Below, piece after piece: positions 41,430 to 52,054 of a DNA stretch of 64,000 bases. This DNA is from Nitrospiraceae bacterium (GTDB lineage: Bacteria; Nitrospirota; Nitrospiria; Nitrospirales; Nitrospiraceae), in the NCBI GenBank assembly GCA_050246315.1, contig JBFWWG010000002.1, forward strand, positions 160,001 to 224,000, written 5' to 3'. The notes beneath the pieces were generated by a model. That model saw only the letters and a program-made list of their open reading frames with translations, was not told where the DNA came from and made no database searches. Every line of letters begins with the position of its first letter. Position 1 is the stretch's first letter. A program made the translations under genes and the position numbers.

Positions 41430-41740
41430 CAGAATTTACTCAGCTTTGGATTGAGGACTCGCAATGGCGCAGGTGCGAGTCGACATCGGAGCCAGGGAAC
41501 CCAAGTCGCTGATCGAATTGGTTGGGGATACAGAAACTGAGGAGAGAAGGAGGATCAAGATAGTAGGTCTTTGGGCCTATATCATCCATTGACCCCTCTT
41601 TTTGTAGCATAGACAGGCATGGCCATCAAGGGATTTAACCATTGTACTAGTGAAATAAAATCCTAATATATCACTACGTTACGCTAATCTATCACCTCAG
41701 AGCCGTCACACAGATACGCTGATTCTCCGCAGCAGAGCTG

Positions 41741-42514
41741 TCAGAGGTTTTCATCTCTGATGATGATAGGGTCAACCTGAAGCTCTGCCCCGACCCTGAT
41801 CGCGACAGGTTCTGCCTCCTCTTCCGATCGATACTGCCCCACCTGAACCCGATACCGCCTTCCTTCAGATAAGGTGACTGAAACGATCTGTGCGTCATAG
41901 TGAAGGCTTCGGACCCGATGAAGCAACGCCTTGGCCATCGCAGCATCGGCAAAGGAGCCGACCTGGATCCGCAGATAGCCGGATTGCCAAGCAGGTCCCT
42001 GAAAATCGATCACCCTGAGTTCGACCTCGTCCGTTCCAGGCCCTACCATCCCGATCGCCCTCGCTCCAGCATAGGAGAGGTCCAGAATCCGTCCCTTCGC
42101 AAACGGCCCGCGGTCATTGATCCGAACGGTCACCTCGCGGCCATTGGTCAGGGACCGAATCAAGACGATTGACCCCAGCGGCAAGGTGCGATGGGCCGCA
42201 GTCAATCGGTGCATGTCATACCGCTCACCGTTGGCGGTCTTGTTTCCGTGGAAACCGGGCCCATACCAGGATGCAATCCCGTGCTCGACATAGCCCAGGG
42301 GATACCCAGGCGGATGGATCGTCTTAATCGTCTGATGCGGACTCCCGCAACCCTGGAGAGCCGCAGCTAGGAGAAGCGGCACGACCTTGAGGTATAGCCG
42401 GAACCAAATGAATCGATCAAGAGAGGCTCGATGGCGGAGGATCGCTCTCTGGTCAGACTTCACTGCGTAGATCGCGCAAATTCCGTGAATGGAGAATCGA
42501 GACCTGGCTCGCAC
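41741..42514 (-). CDS. rlpA: RlpA lytic transglycosylase lipoprotein with SPOR domain (start uncertain)
   Basis: ASWYG, TAAHRTLPLG, RINDRGPF; IQVGSF SPOR. Confidence 0.9.
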   Translation of the reverse strand: MRARSRFSIHGICAIYAVKSDQRAILRHRASLDRFIWFRLYLKVVPLLLAAALQGCGSPHQTIKTIHPPGYPLGYVEHGIASWYGPGFHGNKTANGERYDMHRLTAAHRTLPLGSIVLIRSLTNGREVTVRINDRGPFAKGRILDLSYAGARAIGMVGPGTDEVELRVIDFQGPAWQSGYLRIQVGSFADAAMAKALLHRVRSLHYDAQIVSVTLSEGRRYRVQVGQYRSEEEAEPVAIRVGAELQVDPIIIRDENL

Positions 42515-42517
42515 CCG

Positions 42518-42928
42518 TTAAAACTCGTCGAGAGATTGCCCTCGTAGGAGCCCTAAGGCCTTGGAGGTATTCGAGACCGTCAGCACCACGATGGCACGGC
42601 TGCCTTCACGGGACGGGGTGCAATACCCGCACTTGATGTTGATCCTGGCTTTTTTCAACAGATCGGCAACGCCGGAGAGGGCTCCGGGTTTATTTTCCAA
42701 GCTGAGAACGAGGGCCGTTTCTTCCCGGAACTTCACCTTGGCCGCCCTTAATGCCGCCCGCGCCTGATCGACATCGGACACCAACACCCGGAGATTGCCC
42801 TTACCGGTGACCTCAGGGGCGGAAAAGGCCTTGATATTGACCTTGGCGCCGGCGAGCACCGAGACCACTTGCGCAAGCGCACCCGGCTTGCTCTGACCCG
42901 TGATGACAATTTGACTTGCGACTGGCAT
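42518..42928 (-). CDS. Tandem ACT-domain protein
   Basis: SKPGALA...VNIK and NKPGALS...INIK repeats. Confidence 0.85.
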   Translation of the reverse strand: MPVASQIVITGQSKPGALAQVVSVLAGAKVNIKAFSAPEVTGKGNLRVLVSDVDQARAALRAAKVKFREETALVLSLENKPGALSGVADLLKKARINIKCGYCTPSREGSRAIVVLTVSNTSKALGLLRGQSLDEF

Positions 42929-42930
42929 CC

Positions 42931-43224
42931 CTATTCTCCCTCCTCCATGTGCCGGTACCCGTACAGCCACCGGGCCGCGCCCCCGCCGACATTGCGCACC
43001 GTATGGGATTGATGCGCGGGAATGAAGAGTTCATCCCCTGAGGAAAGACGCCTCGTGTGTCCGCAGACTTCCACCTCGAGGTTCCCTTCCAAGACGAAGA
43101 TGAGTTCGTCGACGGAATGCACGTAATCCTCCCATACTTGCCCGGGAGGATCAACCCAAAGCCCGCAACTGAACCCCTGTTCCTTCCACTTTCGCTCGGT
43201 CGCCCGTCGATCTGGAACCGCCAT
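42931..43224 (-). CDS. Cupin-domain protein
   Basis: H..DE...VLEG, GDELFIPA...HTVRN. Confidence 0.85.
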   Translation of the reverse strand: MAVPDRRATERKWKEQGFSCGLWVDPPGQVWEDYVHSVDELIFVLEGNLEVEVCGHTRRLSSGDELFIPAHQSHTVRNVGGGAARWLYGYRHMEEGE

Positions 43225-43369
43225 AGACTTTACGCCAGTCAACCCGTCGGTGACGGGACTCGCTTTATATAGGGGAGACCGATCACGGTCAAGTTCAAGT
43301 CTGGGCAAAGCCGGCGACGTCACTGGTCGGTCACCAAGCACTGACTGCAATCACAGCCCCCCAAACCCC

Positions 43370-43774
43370 TCAGGGCTCCGGGGTCAGATTGGCAATGAAT
43401 TCGTTCCCCTCCTGGCTTCGTGCCCGGATCCTAAGAAGCCTGCGGTCTCCCGCGCGATACAAGGTTCCCCGGATCGTTCCCCGTTCGCCCTCGGCTCTCA
43501 GCCCTCCCTCGACCAGAGAGAATCTCCCGTCTCCCTTGAAGACCCCGATGGTGCGGTAGGTCACAAACCGATAGGCGCCGTCCGTCGTGATCACGACCTT
43601 GACCCAATCATCAACATTATCCGGAATTCGTTTCAGCACCCCTTGCCACTGCCCGCTGACGGCGTCCATACCGGTAATTGATTCGGCCTCCCATGGGATC
43701 TGTTGATGCTCCTCCGGTCCGCCCGCGCAAGACAACAGGCCCGTCAATGAGAACAATATCAGCCATCCGCTCAT
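43370..43774 (-). CDS. Hypothetical lipoprotein (start uncertain)
   Basis: Lipobox LLSC; coding-like composition. Confidence 0.6.
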   Translation of the reverse strand: MSGWLILFSLTGLLSCAGGPEEHQQIPWEAESITGMDAVSGQWQGVLKRIPDNVDDWVKVVITTDGAYRFVTYRTIGVFKGDGRFSLVEGGLRAEGERGTIRGTLYRAGDRRLLRIRARSQEGNEFIANLTPEP

Positions 43775-43871
43775 TCCCAACCGATAGAAATGTCCGACCA
43801 CGAAACAACCCTTTCTTTGCGTCCCCACGGGGGTATAAATCGAACGAAAGCTCGGGTCGATCCTCATCGCG

Positions 43872-44753
43872 TCACCCTTCGCCACCGGTATCACCCTGCA
43901 AGGCGGTCGCCATCCAGCTTCCCGCCGGGATGGCCAGCAACGGACACGAGGCTCCGCGCAGCACCCTCTCCGTCTGGCTTCCGCGCAGGACGTCGAGAAA
44001 TCCGTTCCGCCCTTCGGTGGACATCACGATCAGGTCGGCCGTCCGCTCGCGCGCCGTCTGCAGAATGACATCCGTCACGTCGCCTTGCTTCGTCAGTCGT
44101 TCCCATTTCCACCCGGGCAGATCCGGCAGCGGAACATCCGGCCCCTGCCCCTCCTGTCCGATATGCAACAGGCCAAAGGTCCCTGTCTCGCACTTCAACC
44201 GGTGTGCAATCCGAGCGGCGGCTTGGACCGCCGGCAGCGGGTCTGGTCGTGCGTCGATCGGGATCAGGATGTGGCGGAGCGAGACCGCCCCGTCGGCTAG
44301 AGATACAAATCCTTTGACGCCATGAGGGATGAACAAAGTCATCAGTCTGGACTTGACCGCGACCGGCGTCGCGACCGATTTCTCCAGCCATTGCATCCGG
44401 CCCTTATTCTGATTGGTTGCGAGCACGAGCAAATCGGCGGCATGGTTGCTGAGATAGCCGACAACCGCCTCCACCGGATCGGTCTGGCGGGTGATCACTT
44501 TTTTCACATCGATGCCGAGCTTCGGGACGGCGTTCCTTGGACTATTCGGCGGCAACAGCCCCCACCGTTCAAGGGTCTCACGCACTCCTGGAAATCCCGA
44601 CCAATCCTGATCCGCTTTGCCGGTCACATGCATCATCGTCAGATCGGCCTTGGCGACCAAGGCCGCTTTGAGCGCATGGGCGAAGGCTGTTGCGCTCGCT
44701 TCACTGAAATCGGAGGGGTGAAATACATGCTGCAACAGCGGGGTGGATTTCAT
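43872..44753 (-). CDS. Tandem universal stress protein
   Basis: HPSDFSEAS; DLIVMSTEG...GSQTERVLR. Confidence 0.9.
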   Translation of the reverse strand: MKSTPLLQHVFHPSDFSEASATAFAHALKAALVAKADLTMMHVTGKADQDWSGFPGVRETLERWGLLPPNSPRNAVPKLGIDVKKVITRQTDPVEAVVGYLSNHAADLLVLATNQNKGRMQWLEKSVATPVAVKSRLMTLFIPHGVKGFVSLADGAVSLRHILIPIDARPDPLPAVQAAARIAHRLKCETGTFGLLHIGQEGQGPDVPLPDLPGWKWERLTKQGDVTDVILQTARERTADLIVMSTEGRNGFLDVLRGSQTERVLRGASCPLLAIPAGSWMATALQGDTGGEG

Positions 44754-44774
44754 ATGACGGCATTCCTTTCTTCC

Positions 44775-45386
44775 TCAGAGAATCTTGGTACTCTGCGCGC
44801 TGAGAATGAACTGTTGAATGCAGTTCCTCATCGCGGTCTTGATCATGACTTCGATCACACCTTCATCGTGACGAGCCTGACAGGCAAAATCCTGTTGAGT
44901 TCCGCCTTGTTTGGTCACGGTCAATGAGACGGTCACCTGAAACACTCTCAATTCCCGCAATGCAAATTCCTCCACGACGCCGGAGATGACCGATGTCTCT
45001 AGCGGCGCCGGTGTCCGTCCCGGCTCCTCCGGTTGATTCACCTGATACCCTGAATGGATCAGCTCTCGCTTCAGGGCGTCAGCAAACACGATGCCAATTT
45101 CGCGGGACAGGTAGATGCGGCCGATGCCCTCAGAGGGCACACCAACTTCTCTCGGTCTCACTGATCTCTGCGTCGCCGGTTGATAGATGAAGTCGCTCAC
45201 CTGGACGGATCCCTGCCCTTTGGCGTCGTTGGAAGGAATATAGTTGAGGGAAATGATCAGCGGGCAACCGGAGAGGAACAGGGCGAGGACCAACCAGATC
45301 CATCGCCCATACCGATTAGTCAGAGCTTGCGGCATCACCGAACGATACGATCGTCCCAACGCCAAGAGACCATTCCTAACATCCAT
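44775..45386 (-). CDS. Hypothetical lipoprotein
   Basis: Lipobox LSGC; coding-like ORF. Confidence 0.65.
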   Translation of the reverse strand: MDVRNGLLALGRSYRSVMPQALTNRYGRWIWLVLALFLSGCPLIISLNYIPSNDAKGQGSVQVSDFIYQPATQRSVRPREVGVPSEGIGRIYLSREIGIVFADALKRELIHSGYQVNQPEEPGRTPAPLETSVISGVVEEFALRELRVFQVTVSLTVTKQGGTQQDFACQARHDEGVIEVMIKTAMRNCIQQFILSAQSTKIL

Positions 45387-45593
45387 TGTATTCGACGGAA
45401 CCAGAGGGGCCTCCCGCCTGCCGGAGGCGCGCCGCCAGCACCGAATCCCTCATGGAACCACGACTTTGTCAAATGAGGTGCGCAACGCTATCAACGGCGA
45501 GGGATTGAGTCAAGGCCGAAGCTTTCACCGAGGATGCCTCGCCCAAATGCAGATCGACAATGACTGACAGACGTTTGTGCCTGCCCTACACGT

Positions 45594-46157
45594 TCACTTC
45601 TTCGGCGGGGGGAATTTCTCGAACATCTTCTCGGCCCCCTCACGGATCTGGGCTTCGTTCTCAGCGGGATCTTCCAGCACCGTGTCGCTGCCGCGCCCGC
45701 GCCAGATCATACGCTTGTCCTTGGCATCGTACATGTCCACGACCACAGTGCCGATGGTGACTGTGGTGGGACTGGTCGTCGAGGTTGAGACGCCGCCGCC
45801 CCACCCATAGCCGCCCCGATACCAGCCGTAGCCCGGACCCCATGCCGGCCCGTAGCCATAACCGAATGAGGTCGTGTTGTAATGCACCTCCTCGCCGGTA
45901 GCGGCATGATAGCTCACCAGCATATCCGGATTGGCGTCCACTTTTTGATAGCCCTTGCTCGTAAGTTGTTCGTCAATAGCCGCGACAATCCGGGCATCGA
46001 CGAATGGGCTCTTGGCGGGAGTGCCCTTGCCCCATGCATAGGTGTGATAGCTTGTGAAGTCCGTATTCTTATCGAAATCGACGACGATCTTCGGCGTACA
46101 CGAAGCAAGGACCACGCTCAGTAAGAGCGCCCCCCAAACTTTCGCGTCGACGATCAT
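45594..46157 (-). CDS. DUF4136 lipoprotein
   Basis: LASC, FTSYHTYAW, Gly/Tyr-rich loop, GTVVVDMYD...IWRG, FEKFPP. Confidence 0.88.
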   Translation of the reverse strand: MIVDAKVWGALLLSVVLASCTPKIVVDFDKNTDFTSYHTYAWGKGTPAKSPFVDARIVAAIDEQLTSKGYQKVDANPDMLVSYHAATGEEVHYNTTSFGYGYGPAWGPGYGWYRGGYGWGGGVSTSTTSPTTVTIGTVVVDMYDAKDKRMIWRGRGSDTVLEDPAENEAQIREGAEKMFEKFPPPKK

Positions 46158-46429
46158 GAATGTCTCCAGCAATCGAGTCAGGATTCCCCCGTTACGCCGA
46201 TCGCGGTTCCGACCAAACGTCCCACTCGCACGGTAGGTCGCTGGTATTGTAGACGAATCGAGAGCGAATGTTCATGGGGAGGAGGATGAATATGTCCATG
46301 TTGTCATTCGTTGAGTATTTGCACCTGGACGAGACGTGCATGGAGAGCCGATTCGGTTGCGATAAACGTTGGCACAATGCTAGTATCGCGCCCCTCTGGC
46401 GGTTGTAAGACATCCGGGAGGGATCGCTT

Positions 46430-47116
46430 ATGTTTTCGCGCCGTATGGTTCTCGTCATCCTGGTCGTCGCTCAGTGCGTACTCTCATGGTCTCCAGTCTC
46501 GGCCCAAACGGCGGAAAACTATCGCAAGGGTCGATGGGAATTTATGATCGCGCCGCAATATACGCTCTCGAGGAACATTGGATTCCAAGGCGGAACGAAC
46601 GTCAAGATTGAAGACAATTGGGGATTCGGCCTCCAGTTCGGCTACAACTTCAATGAGCACATCAACCTCGGCGGCTTGTTCTCCTGGAGCCGTCCCGATT
46701 ACCAGGGAACCGTCCAGGCAGCGCCGGGCGTTCCGATCGCGACAGGTCCTCGATCGACGAGCGGAACGATCGAAACTACCACCTTTGGCATGATTCTGAC
46801 CTATAACATTTTGGCCCGTCCGTTGACGCCATACCTCGACGCGATGGTGGCGGGAACTTACGTCAACACCGACATCGCAGCCGGTCCGCCTGTCTCCGGC
46901 TGTTTCTGGGATCCTTGGTTCGGCTATATCTGCGGGACAACACAGCCGACCAAATACGATACCTACCTGGCCTACGGATTCGGCGGCGGCCTTCGATGGG
47001 ACGTCAATCGCTCGTTCTTTCTCCGAGGTGGGTTCAGGCAACAATTCGTCGACGTGGCCAACACCGGCACCCCGAGCTTCACGCTCTTCAAACTGGATCT
47101 CGGCGTTAAATTCTGA
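46430..47116 (+). CDS. Outer-membrane beta-barrel protein
   Basis: Signal peptide, amphipathic strands, C-terminal Phe (LGVKF). Confidence 0.85.
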   Translation: MFSRRMVLVILVVAQCVLSWSPVSAQTAENYRKGRWEFMIAPQYTLSRNIGFQGGTNVKIEDNWGFGLQFGYNFNEHINLGGLFSWSRPDYQGTVQAAPGVPIATGPRSTSGTIETTTFGMILTYNILARPLTPYLDAMVAGTYVNTDIAAGPPVSGCFWDPWFGYICGTTQPTKYDTYLAYGFGGGLRWDVNRSFFLRGGFRQQFVDVANTGTPSFTLFKLDLGVKF

Positions 47117-47212
47117 TCGGCATCGAGAAGCTCTGAGAAGGGAGCGGAAGGGCCGAGCCGACAATATCCGCACCTTCTTTCCGAACCGCACGAACGTCTC
47201 CTCAGCAAACCC

Positions 47213-47576
47213 TATCAGGCTGTTAAACACTCTTCGCGTACCCGTGAAGGCCCGCACGGCGAGAGATCACGGATGAGCTCAGAGCCTCCTGCAAGATGGT
47301 CATAATGTCCGTCCTTCTCACCCGCCCACCCTATGATTGCTCCGCAATCGATCGCCCGGGACGCCCTTGCCACAAGCCGGCCTCGCGACACGAGGAGGCA
47401 AAGAGATCCACACCGCCTTTGCTGTGAACCATCGACTCATCGGGCGATGCCCATCTATTGACGGTGGTGGAGAACTTCCTTCAGGGTTGAGTCTCTTCGC
47501 GTCAGACCCATCGCACCAAGAATGAACAGCATTGAGCGCCCCGACAAAGCTGGCGGACTTTTTCGACATCCTGCTA
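47213..47576. repeat. MITE-like intergenic element (repeat family copy B)
   Basis: Imperfect IR TATCAGGCTGTTAAA / TTTCGACATCCTGCTA; core 47424-47515 aligns with reverse complement of 12325-12500. Confidence 0.65.
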
Positions 47577-47635
47577 AGGTACCGTGGCGGGTTGAGATCC
47601 CGCCACGGCAGGGTTCCGGAGCGAAGAGCAGGTCG

Positions 47636-50600
47636 TTACGAACACCCGCTGGTGGCGCCGCAATTGTCACACTTCAAACAGGTGCCGTTGCGCACCATCT
47701 TGAACTGCTTGCACTCCTGACAGGGGTCCCCCTCATAACCCTGTTGGCGGGCGATCTGCAAAGCGGTCAACGTCAGCGTTTCCCTTTTCAGCTCCACCTT
47801 ATGGGCTACGTTGCCATTGCCATGACTATGGGCGTGGCCCTGTCCGTTCCCACCATGATGACCGTTCCGCACCGGTAGATGCTCGGTGAGAATTGATGAT
47901 TTGGCCAGCGCCGTCATGTCCACTTCTTCCGCGACACATTCGGGGTCCTGCTCGTCCTTCTTCATCGAATCCATCCGCAGGTCCTCTTCCTGGACCTGGG
48001 CAAGGTCGGAGCGTTCGAGATACGTGACGGCGAGCTCGCGAAAAATGTAGTCGATGATCGACGTCGCCATCTTGATCCGGTCGTTCAGCTTCACCGGTCC
48101 GTTCGGCTCGAACCGCGTAAACACGAAGGCCTCCACGAATTCTTCCAACGGCACTCCATGTTGCAACCCCAAGGAAATTGCGATCGCGAAATTGTTCATC
48201 AAGCTGCGGAAGGCGGCTCCCTCCTTGTGCATGTCGAGGAAAATCTCTCCCAACGTGCCGTCGCTATACTCACCGGTGCGTAGGTACAGCTTGTGCCCGC
48301 CGATAATGGCCTTCTGCGTATAGCCGCTGCGGCGCGCCGGCAACGGCCGCCGCTTGGCCAGATACCGGACCAGCACGCGCTCTGCCGCCTTCTCCGCCAC
48401 CGTCATGACGGTCGGCATTGCCTCCACCGCCTTTCCACTGTCCGATGAGGCATTCAAGGGTTGGCTCAGCTTCGACCCGTCGCGGTAGAGGGCTACGGCC
48501 TTGACCATGCTCTTCCATGCAAGAAGATACGCGGCCTTGACGTCTTCCAATGTGGCGTCGGCCGGCATGTTGATCGTCTTGCTGATCGCCCCGCTGATGA
48601 ACGGTTGTGCGGCTGCCATCATGCGGATGTGGGCATCGACCGCAATATATCGTTGACCGAGGCGACCGCAGCGATTTGCGCAATCAAAGATCGGCAAATG
48701 TTCCGGCTTGAGATGCGGGGCCCCTTCGATCGTCATGGTGCCGCAGCAAAAGTCGTTCGCGGCGACCACATCCTCTTGGGTAAAACCCAGCGCCTTTAAC
48801 ATATTGAAGGTCGGGTCCGCCATTTGGGCCTCGGTAAGCCCCAGTTTCTCCCGGCAGAATTCCTCGCCGAGCGTGAACTTGTTGAACGCGAACTGGATCT
48901 CGAAGGCCTGGCCCAGCGAACTTTCCAATCGCTCCAGCGCCGCGTCGTCGAATCCCTTCTGCCGTAAGGTCTCATGATTGACGCACGGCGAGCCTTTGAG
49001 AGTTTGCCGGCCGACACAGTAGGAGACGATGTCCTGGATCTGAGCCTCGCCATAGCCCAGCACGGCAAGTGCCGGGGGCAGGCTTTGATTGATGATCTTG
49101 AAGTAGCCGCCGCCCGCCAATTTCTTGAACTTCACCAAGGCGAAATCCGGCTCGATACCGGTCGTATCACAATCCATAACCAGCCCGATCGTCCCGGTCG
49201 GCGCAATGACCGTCACCTGCGCATTCCGAAACCCGTAGGCCGTCCCTAACTCCAGCGCTCGGTCCCAGGCGCGGCGGGCCGCCAATAGAATTTCCGGTGG
49301 ACAGTGCTCCGCTTGAATCGCTATCGGCTTGATCGTCAAGCCTTCATATTCACCAGCCGGAGCGCCATAGGCGGCACGGCGATGATTGCGGATCACTTGC
49401 AGCATTGGCTCCCGGTTTCGTTCATAGCCGAGAAAAGGCGACAACTCTGCCGCCATTTCTGCGGACGTCGCGTAGGATTCGCCGGTCATGATCGCCGTAA
49501 TCGCGCCGCAAATCGCCAGGGCCTTTGGCGAATCATATGGAATGCCCTGTCGCATCAGGATGGTCCCGAGGTTCGCGTACCCGAGCCCGAGGGTCCGGAA
49601 CTCATAGCTCTTTTGAGCGATGGCTCGGCTGGGAAACGAGGCCATCAGCACGCTGATCTCCAGCGTGATCGTCCAGAGTCGCACGGCATGCCGGAAGGAT
49701 TCCAAATCGAATTCTCCATCGGCATTGTAGAACCTGGCCAAGTTGAGCGACGCCAGGTTACAGGCCGTGTCGTCGAGGAACATATATTCCGAACAGGGAT
49801 TGGAGGCATTGATACGCCCATCTCCGGGACAGGTATGCCACTCGTTGATGGTCGTGTCGTATTGTGTCCCGGGATCGGCACAGATCCAGGCCGCCCAGGC
49901 GATCTTGTCCCAAAGATCTCGCGCCTTGACCGTCCTGCTGACTTTGCCGTCGATTCGGCGCCGCAGTTCCCACTCGCCGTCCCGCTCCAGGACTTCGAAG
50001 AACCCGTTCGGGATCCGCACACTGTTGTTGGAATTCTGACCGGACACGGTCTGGTAGGCCTTCCCGTCCCAGTTGGTGTCGTATTCGTAAAATACGAAAT
50101 GCGTGTAGCCCTGCTTGGCATAATCGAACATGCGCTGAATGTAGGCTTCCGGAACCGCATCCCGTCTGGCCGCAGATACCGCATCGCGCAAAACCGTATT
50201 TCTATTGATGTCGAGTTCGATCTGACCAAGCGATTCGCCGTCGGCCACGATGCAGGCCTTCAAGACGCTGTTCAAGCGCTGGGCGCAGATCTTCGAGCCG
50301 GTTACCATCGCGGCAACCTTCTGTTCTTCGACGACCTTCCAATCAATGAACTCTTCGATATCGGGATGATCGAGATCGAGACAGACCATCTTGGCCGCCC
50401 GCCTGGTTGTCCCGCCCGATTTGATCGCCCCCGCCGCACGGTCACCGATCTTCAGAAACGACATGAGCCCGGAGGACCGGCCGCCGCCGGACAAAGGCTC
50501 CCCATCGCCGCGCAACCGGGAGAAGTTCGTCCCGGTCCCCGACCCATATTTGAAGAGGCGCGCCTCGCGGACCCACAGATCCATGATGCCGTTCTCATTG

Positions 50601-51199
50601 ACCAGATCGTCCTCGATGGATTGGATAAAGCAAGCATGCGGTTGGGGGTGCTCGAACGCATTGCTCGCCCTGACCACTTCCCCGACCGCAGGATCGAAAT
50701 AATAGTGGCCCTGCGCCGGCCCCGTCAGGCCATAGGCATAGTGCAGTCCCGTATTGAACCACTGCGGCGAATTGGGCGCTGCCATCTGGCAAGCCAGCAT
50801 GTAGCACATCTCGTCATGGAAGGCGGTCGCATCTTCAGCCGTCTTGAAATACCCGTGGTTCTTTCCCCAATGGGTCCAACAACCGGCCAGCCGCTCGAAC
50901 ACTTGCCGCGCATCCCGTTCGCCTCCAAGCACCGGCTTCCCGTCGGCACCGATCATTGGCTGACCTTCGGCATCCATCAGGGGAACTCCAGCCTTTCTGA
51001 AGTATTTCTGAGCCAGGATATCCACGGCTAACTGTGACCAGGAATTCGGCACATCGATGCTGTCCAGTTTGAAGACTGTAGATCCGTCCGGATTCCGGAT
51101 TTCTGATGACCGTTTCACGAACGTGAGGCCCTCATAGGGGCTGTGGCCGCGCTTTGTGAATCGTCGTTCAATTCTCACGACTCCCTCCTTGGAGGTCAC
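47636..51199 (-). CDS. nrdJ: Class II (B12-dependent) ribonucleotide reductase
   Basis: [27 protein letters not shown]-terminal CxxC...CxxC...GCS. Confidence 0.96.
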   Translation of the reverse strand: MTSKEGVVRIERRFTKRGHSPYEGLTFVKRSSEIRNPDGSTVFKLDSIDVPNSWSQLAVDILAQKYFRKAGVPLMDAEGQPMIGADGKPVLGGERDARQVFERLAGCWTHWGKNHGYFKTAEDATAFHDEMCYMLACQMAAPNSPQWFNTGLHYAYGLTGPAQGHYYFDPAVGEVVRASNAFEHPQPHACFIQSIEDDLVNENGIMDLWVREARLFKYGSGTGTNFSRLRGDGEPLSGGGRSSGLMSFLKIGDRAAGAIKSGGTTRRAAKMVCLDLDHPDIEEFIDWKVVEEQKVAAMVTGSKICAQRLNSVLKACIVADGESLGQIELDINRNTVLRDAVSAARRDAVPEAYIQRMFDYAKQGYTHFVFYEYDTNWDGKAYQTVSGQNSNNSVRIPNGFFEVLERDGEWELRRRIDGKVSRTVKARDLWDKIAWAAWICADPGTQYDTTINEWHTCPGDGRINASNPCSEYMFLDDTACNLASLNLARFYNADGEFDLESFRHAVRLWTITLEISVLMASFPSRAIAQKSYEFRTLGLGYANLGTILMRQGIPYDSPKALAICGAITAIMTGESYATSAEMAAELSPFLGYERNREPMLQVIRNHRRAAYGAPAGEYEGLTIKPIAIQAEHCPPEILLAARRAWDRALELGTAYGFRNAQVTVIAPTGTIGLVMDCDTTGIEPDFALVKFKKLAGGGYFKIINQSLPPALAVLGYGEAQIQDIVSYCVGRQTLKGSPCVNHETLRQKGFDDAALERLESSLGQAFEIQFAFNKFTLGEEFCREKLGLTEAQMADPTFNMLKALGFTQEDVVAANDFCCGTMTIEGAPHLKPEHLPIFDCANRCGRLGQRYIAVDAHIRMMAAAQPFISGAISKTINMPADATLEDVKAAYLLAWKSMVKAVALYRDGSKLSQPLNASSDSGKAVEAMPTVMTVAEKAAERVLVRYLAKRRPLPARRSGYTQKAIIGGHKLYLRTGEYSDGTLGEIFLDMHKEGAAFRSLMNNFAIAISLGLQHGVPLEEFVEAFVFTRFEPNGPVKLNDRIKMATSIIDYIFRELAVTYLERSDLAQVQEEDLRMDSMKKDEQDPECVAEEVDMTALAKSSILTEHLPVRNGHHGGNGQGHAHSHGNGNVAHKVELKRETLTLTALQIARQQGYEGDPCQECKQFKMVRNGTCLKCDNCGATSGCS

Positions 51200-51297
51200 C
51201 GAGTGGATGGATGGTGGCTGGGCTGAACTGTCAGATACCAGGCTGCCGCAAACAGGAGGTCAGAAACGAGCTGTCACTGTCTGAGATATTCAAACGC

Positions 51298-51345
51298 CAT
51301 CTACATATAGTGATCTCGATTTTTTGTCAACACTAAATGTTGTGG
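51298..51345. promoter_or_regulatory. Tandem NrdR boxes
   Basis: CATCTACATATAGTGA (51298) and ACACTAAATGTTGTGG (51330), 32 bp apart, upstream of nrdJ. Confidence 0.8.
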
Positions 51346-51744
51346 ATTCATGTGGATTCCAGGGAAATCCTGTGAATAGCGCTGAAGGCACTCTAGGCAA
51401 GCATTCCATGACTTTTTTTGGAGGTTATCCCCAGGGGCATGGAGAGAACATGGGACCTTTCCCTATCGGCAAAGGCCATATTTCCATCTTGCCTAGGGAG
51501 ACTGTTCCCTAAGAGAGCAGGGGTACGGGCTCGTCTGAGGGGCTACTCTGACAGGGTCGGTGAGAGCCGACAAATTATGCTGCGGAAGAGACACGCCTGT
51601 CATCATATGCCATATGCCGTGGACAGCGTTTGACAATCCAAGAGCCGCTCAGTAGCCTACCTCCCTCGCGATCCTGGGCTGTGGTCAATGCAACAGCCTG
51701 CCCTGCCCTTTCGTAGTCGCCCTGACAATCAAGAGGAGGTCTTC

Positions 51745-52038
51745 ATGTACGTGTGGAGTAAGAATTTGATCATGGCATTGCTTGGGATCTTCCTCCTGTT
51801 GCTTGGCCTCTTTTTGCTGGAAGGGTCCGAAGGGGCGAGTAGCGGTTTGAAAGTTCATACGACCCAGTGGATGTCGTTGAACTATATCGGGCTCGTGATC
51901 TGGCTCTTTGTCTGGATGATCGATCAGGCCCGTGTGCGGGGAAAGAACGTGTGGCTGTGGCTGATTCCTTTCCTTCTTGCTCCGTTGCCGACATTAATGG
52001 TGTTCGTGCTGTTTCTCCAGCGTCGGGTGAAGGCCTGA
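51745..52038 (+). CDS. Small membrane protein (3 TM)
   Basis: GAGGAGG RBS, hydrophobic segments. Confidence 0.7.
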   Translation: MYVWSKNLIMALLGIFLLLLGLFLLEGSEGASSGLKVHTTQWMSLNYIGLVIWLFVWMIDQARVRGKNVWLWLIPFLLAPLPTLMVFVLFLQRRVKA

Positions 52039-52054
52039 CGGCAGGTTTGTCGTT

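Noticed and set aside
47636..51199. Intein in the long nrdJ
   Set aside because: No Cys...His-Asn-Cys/Ser splice junctions or LAGLIDADG motif seen.
51346..51690. Cobalamin riboswitch upstream of nrdJ
   Set aside because: Only isolated hairpins; no B12-box motifs in order.
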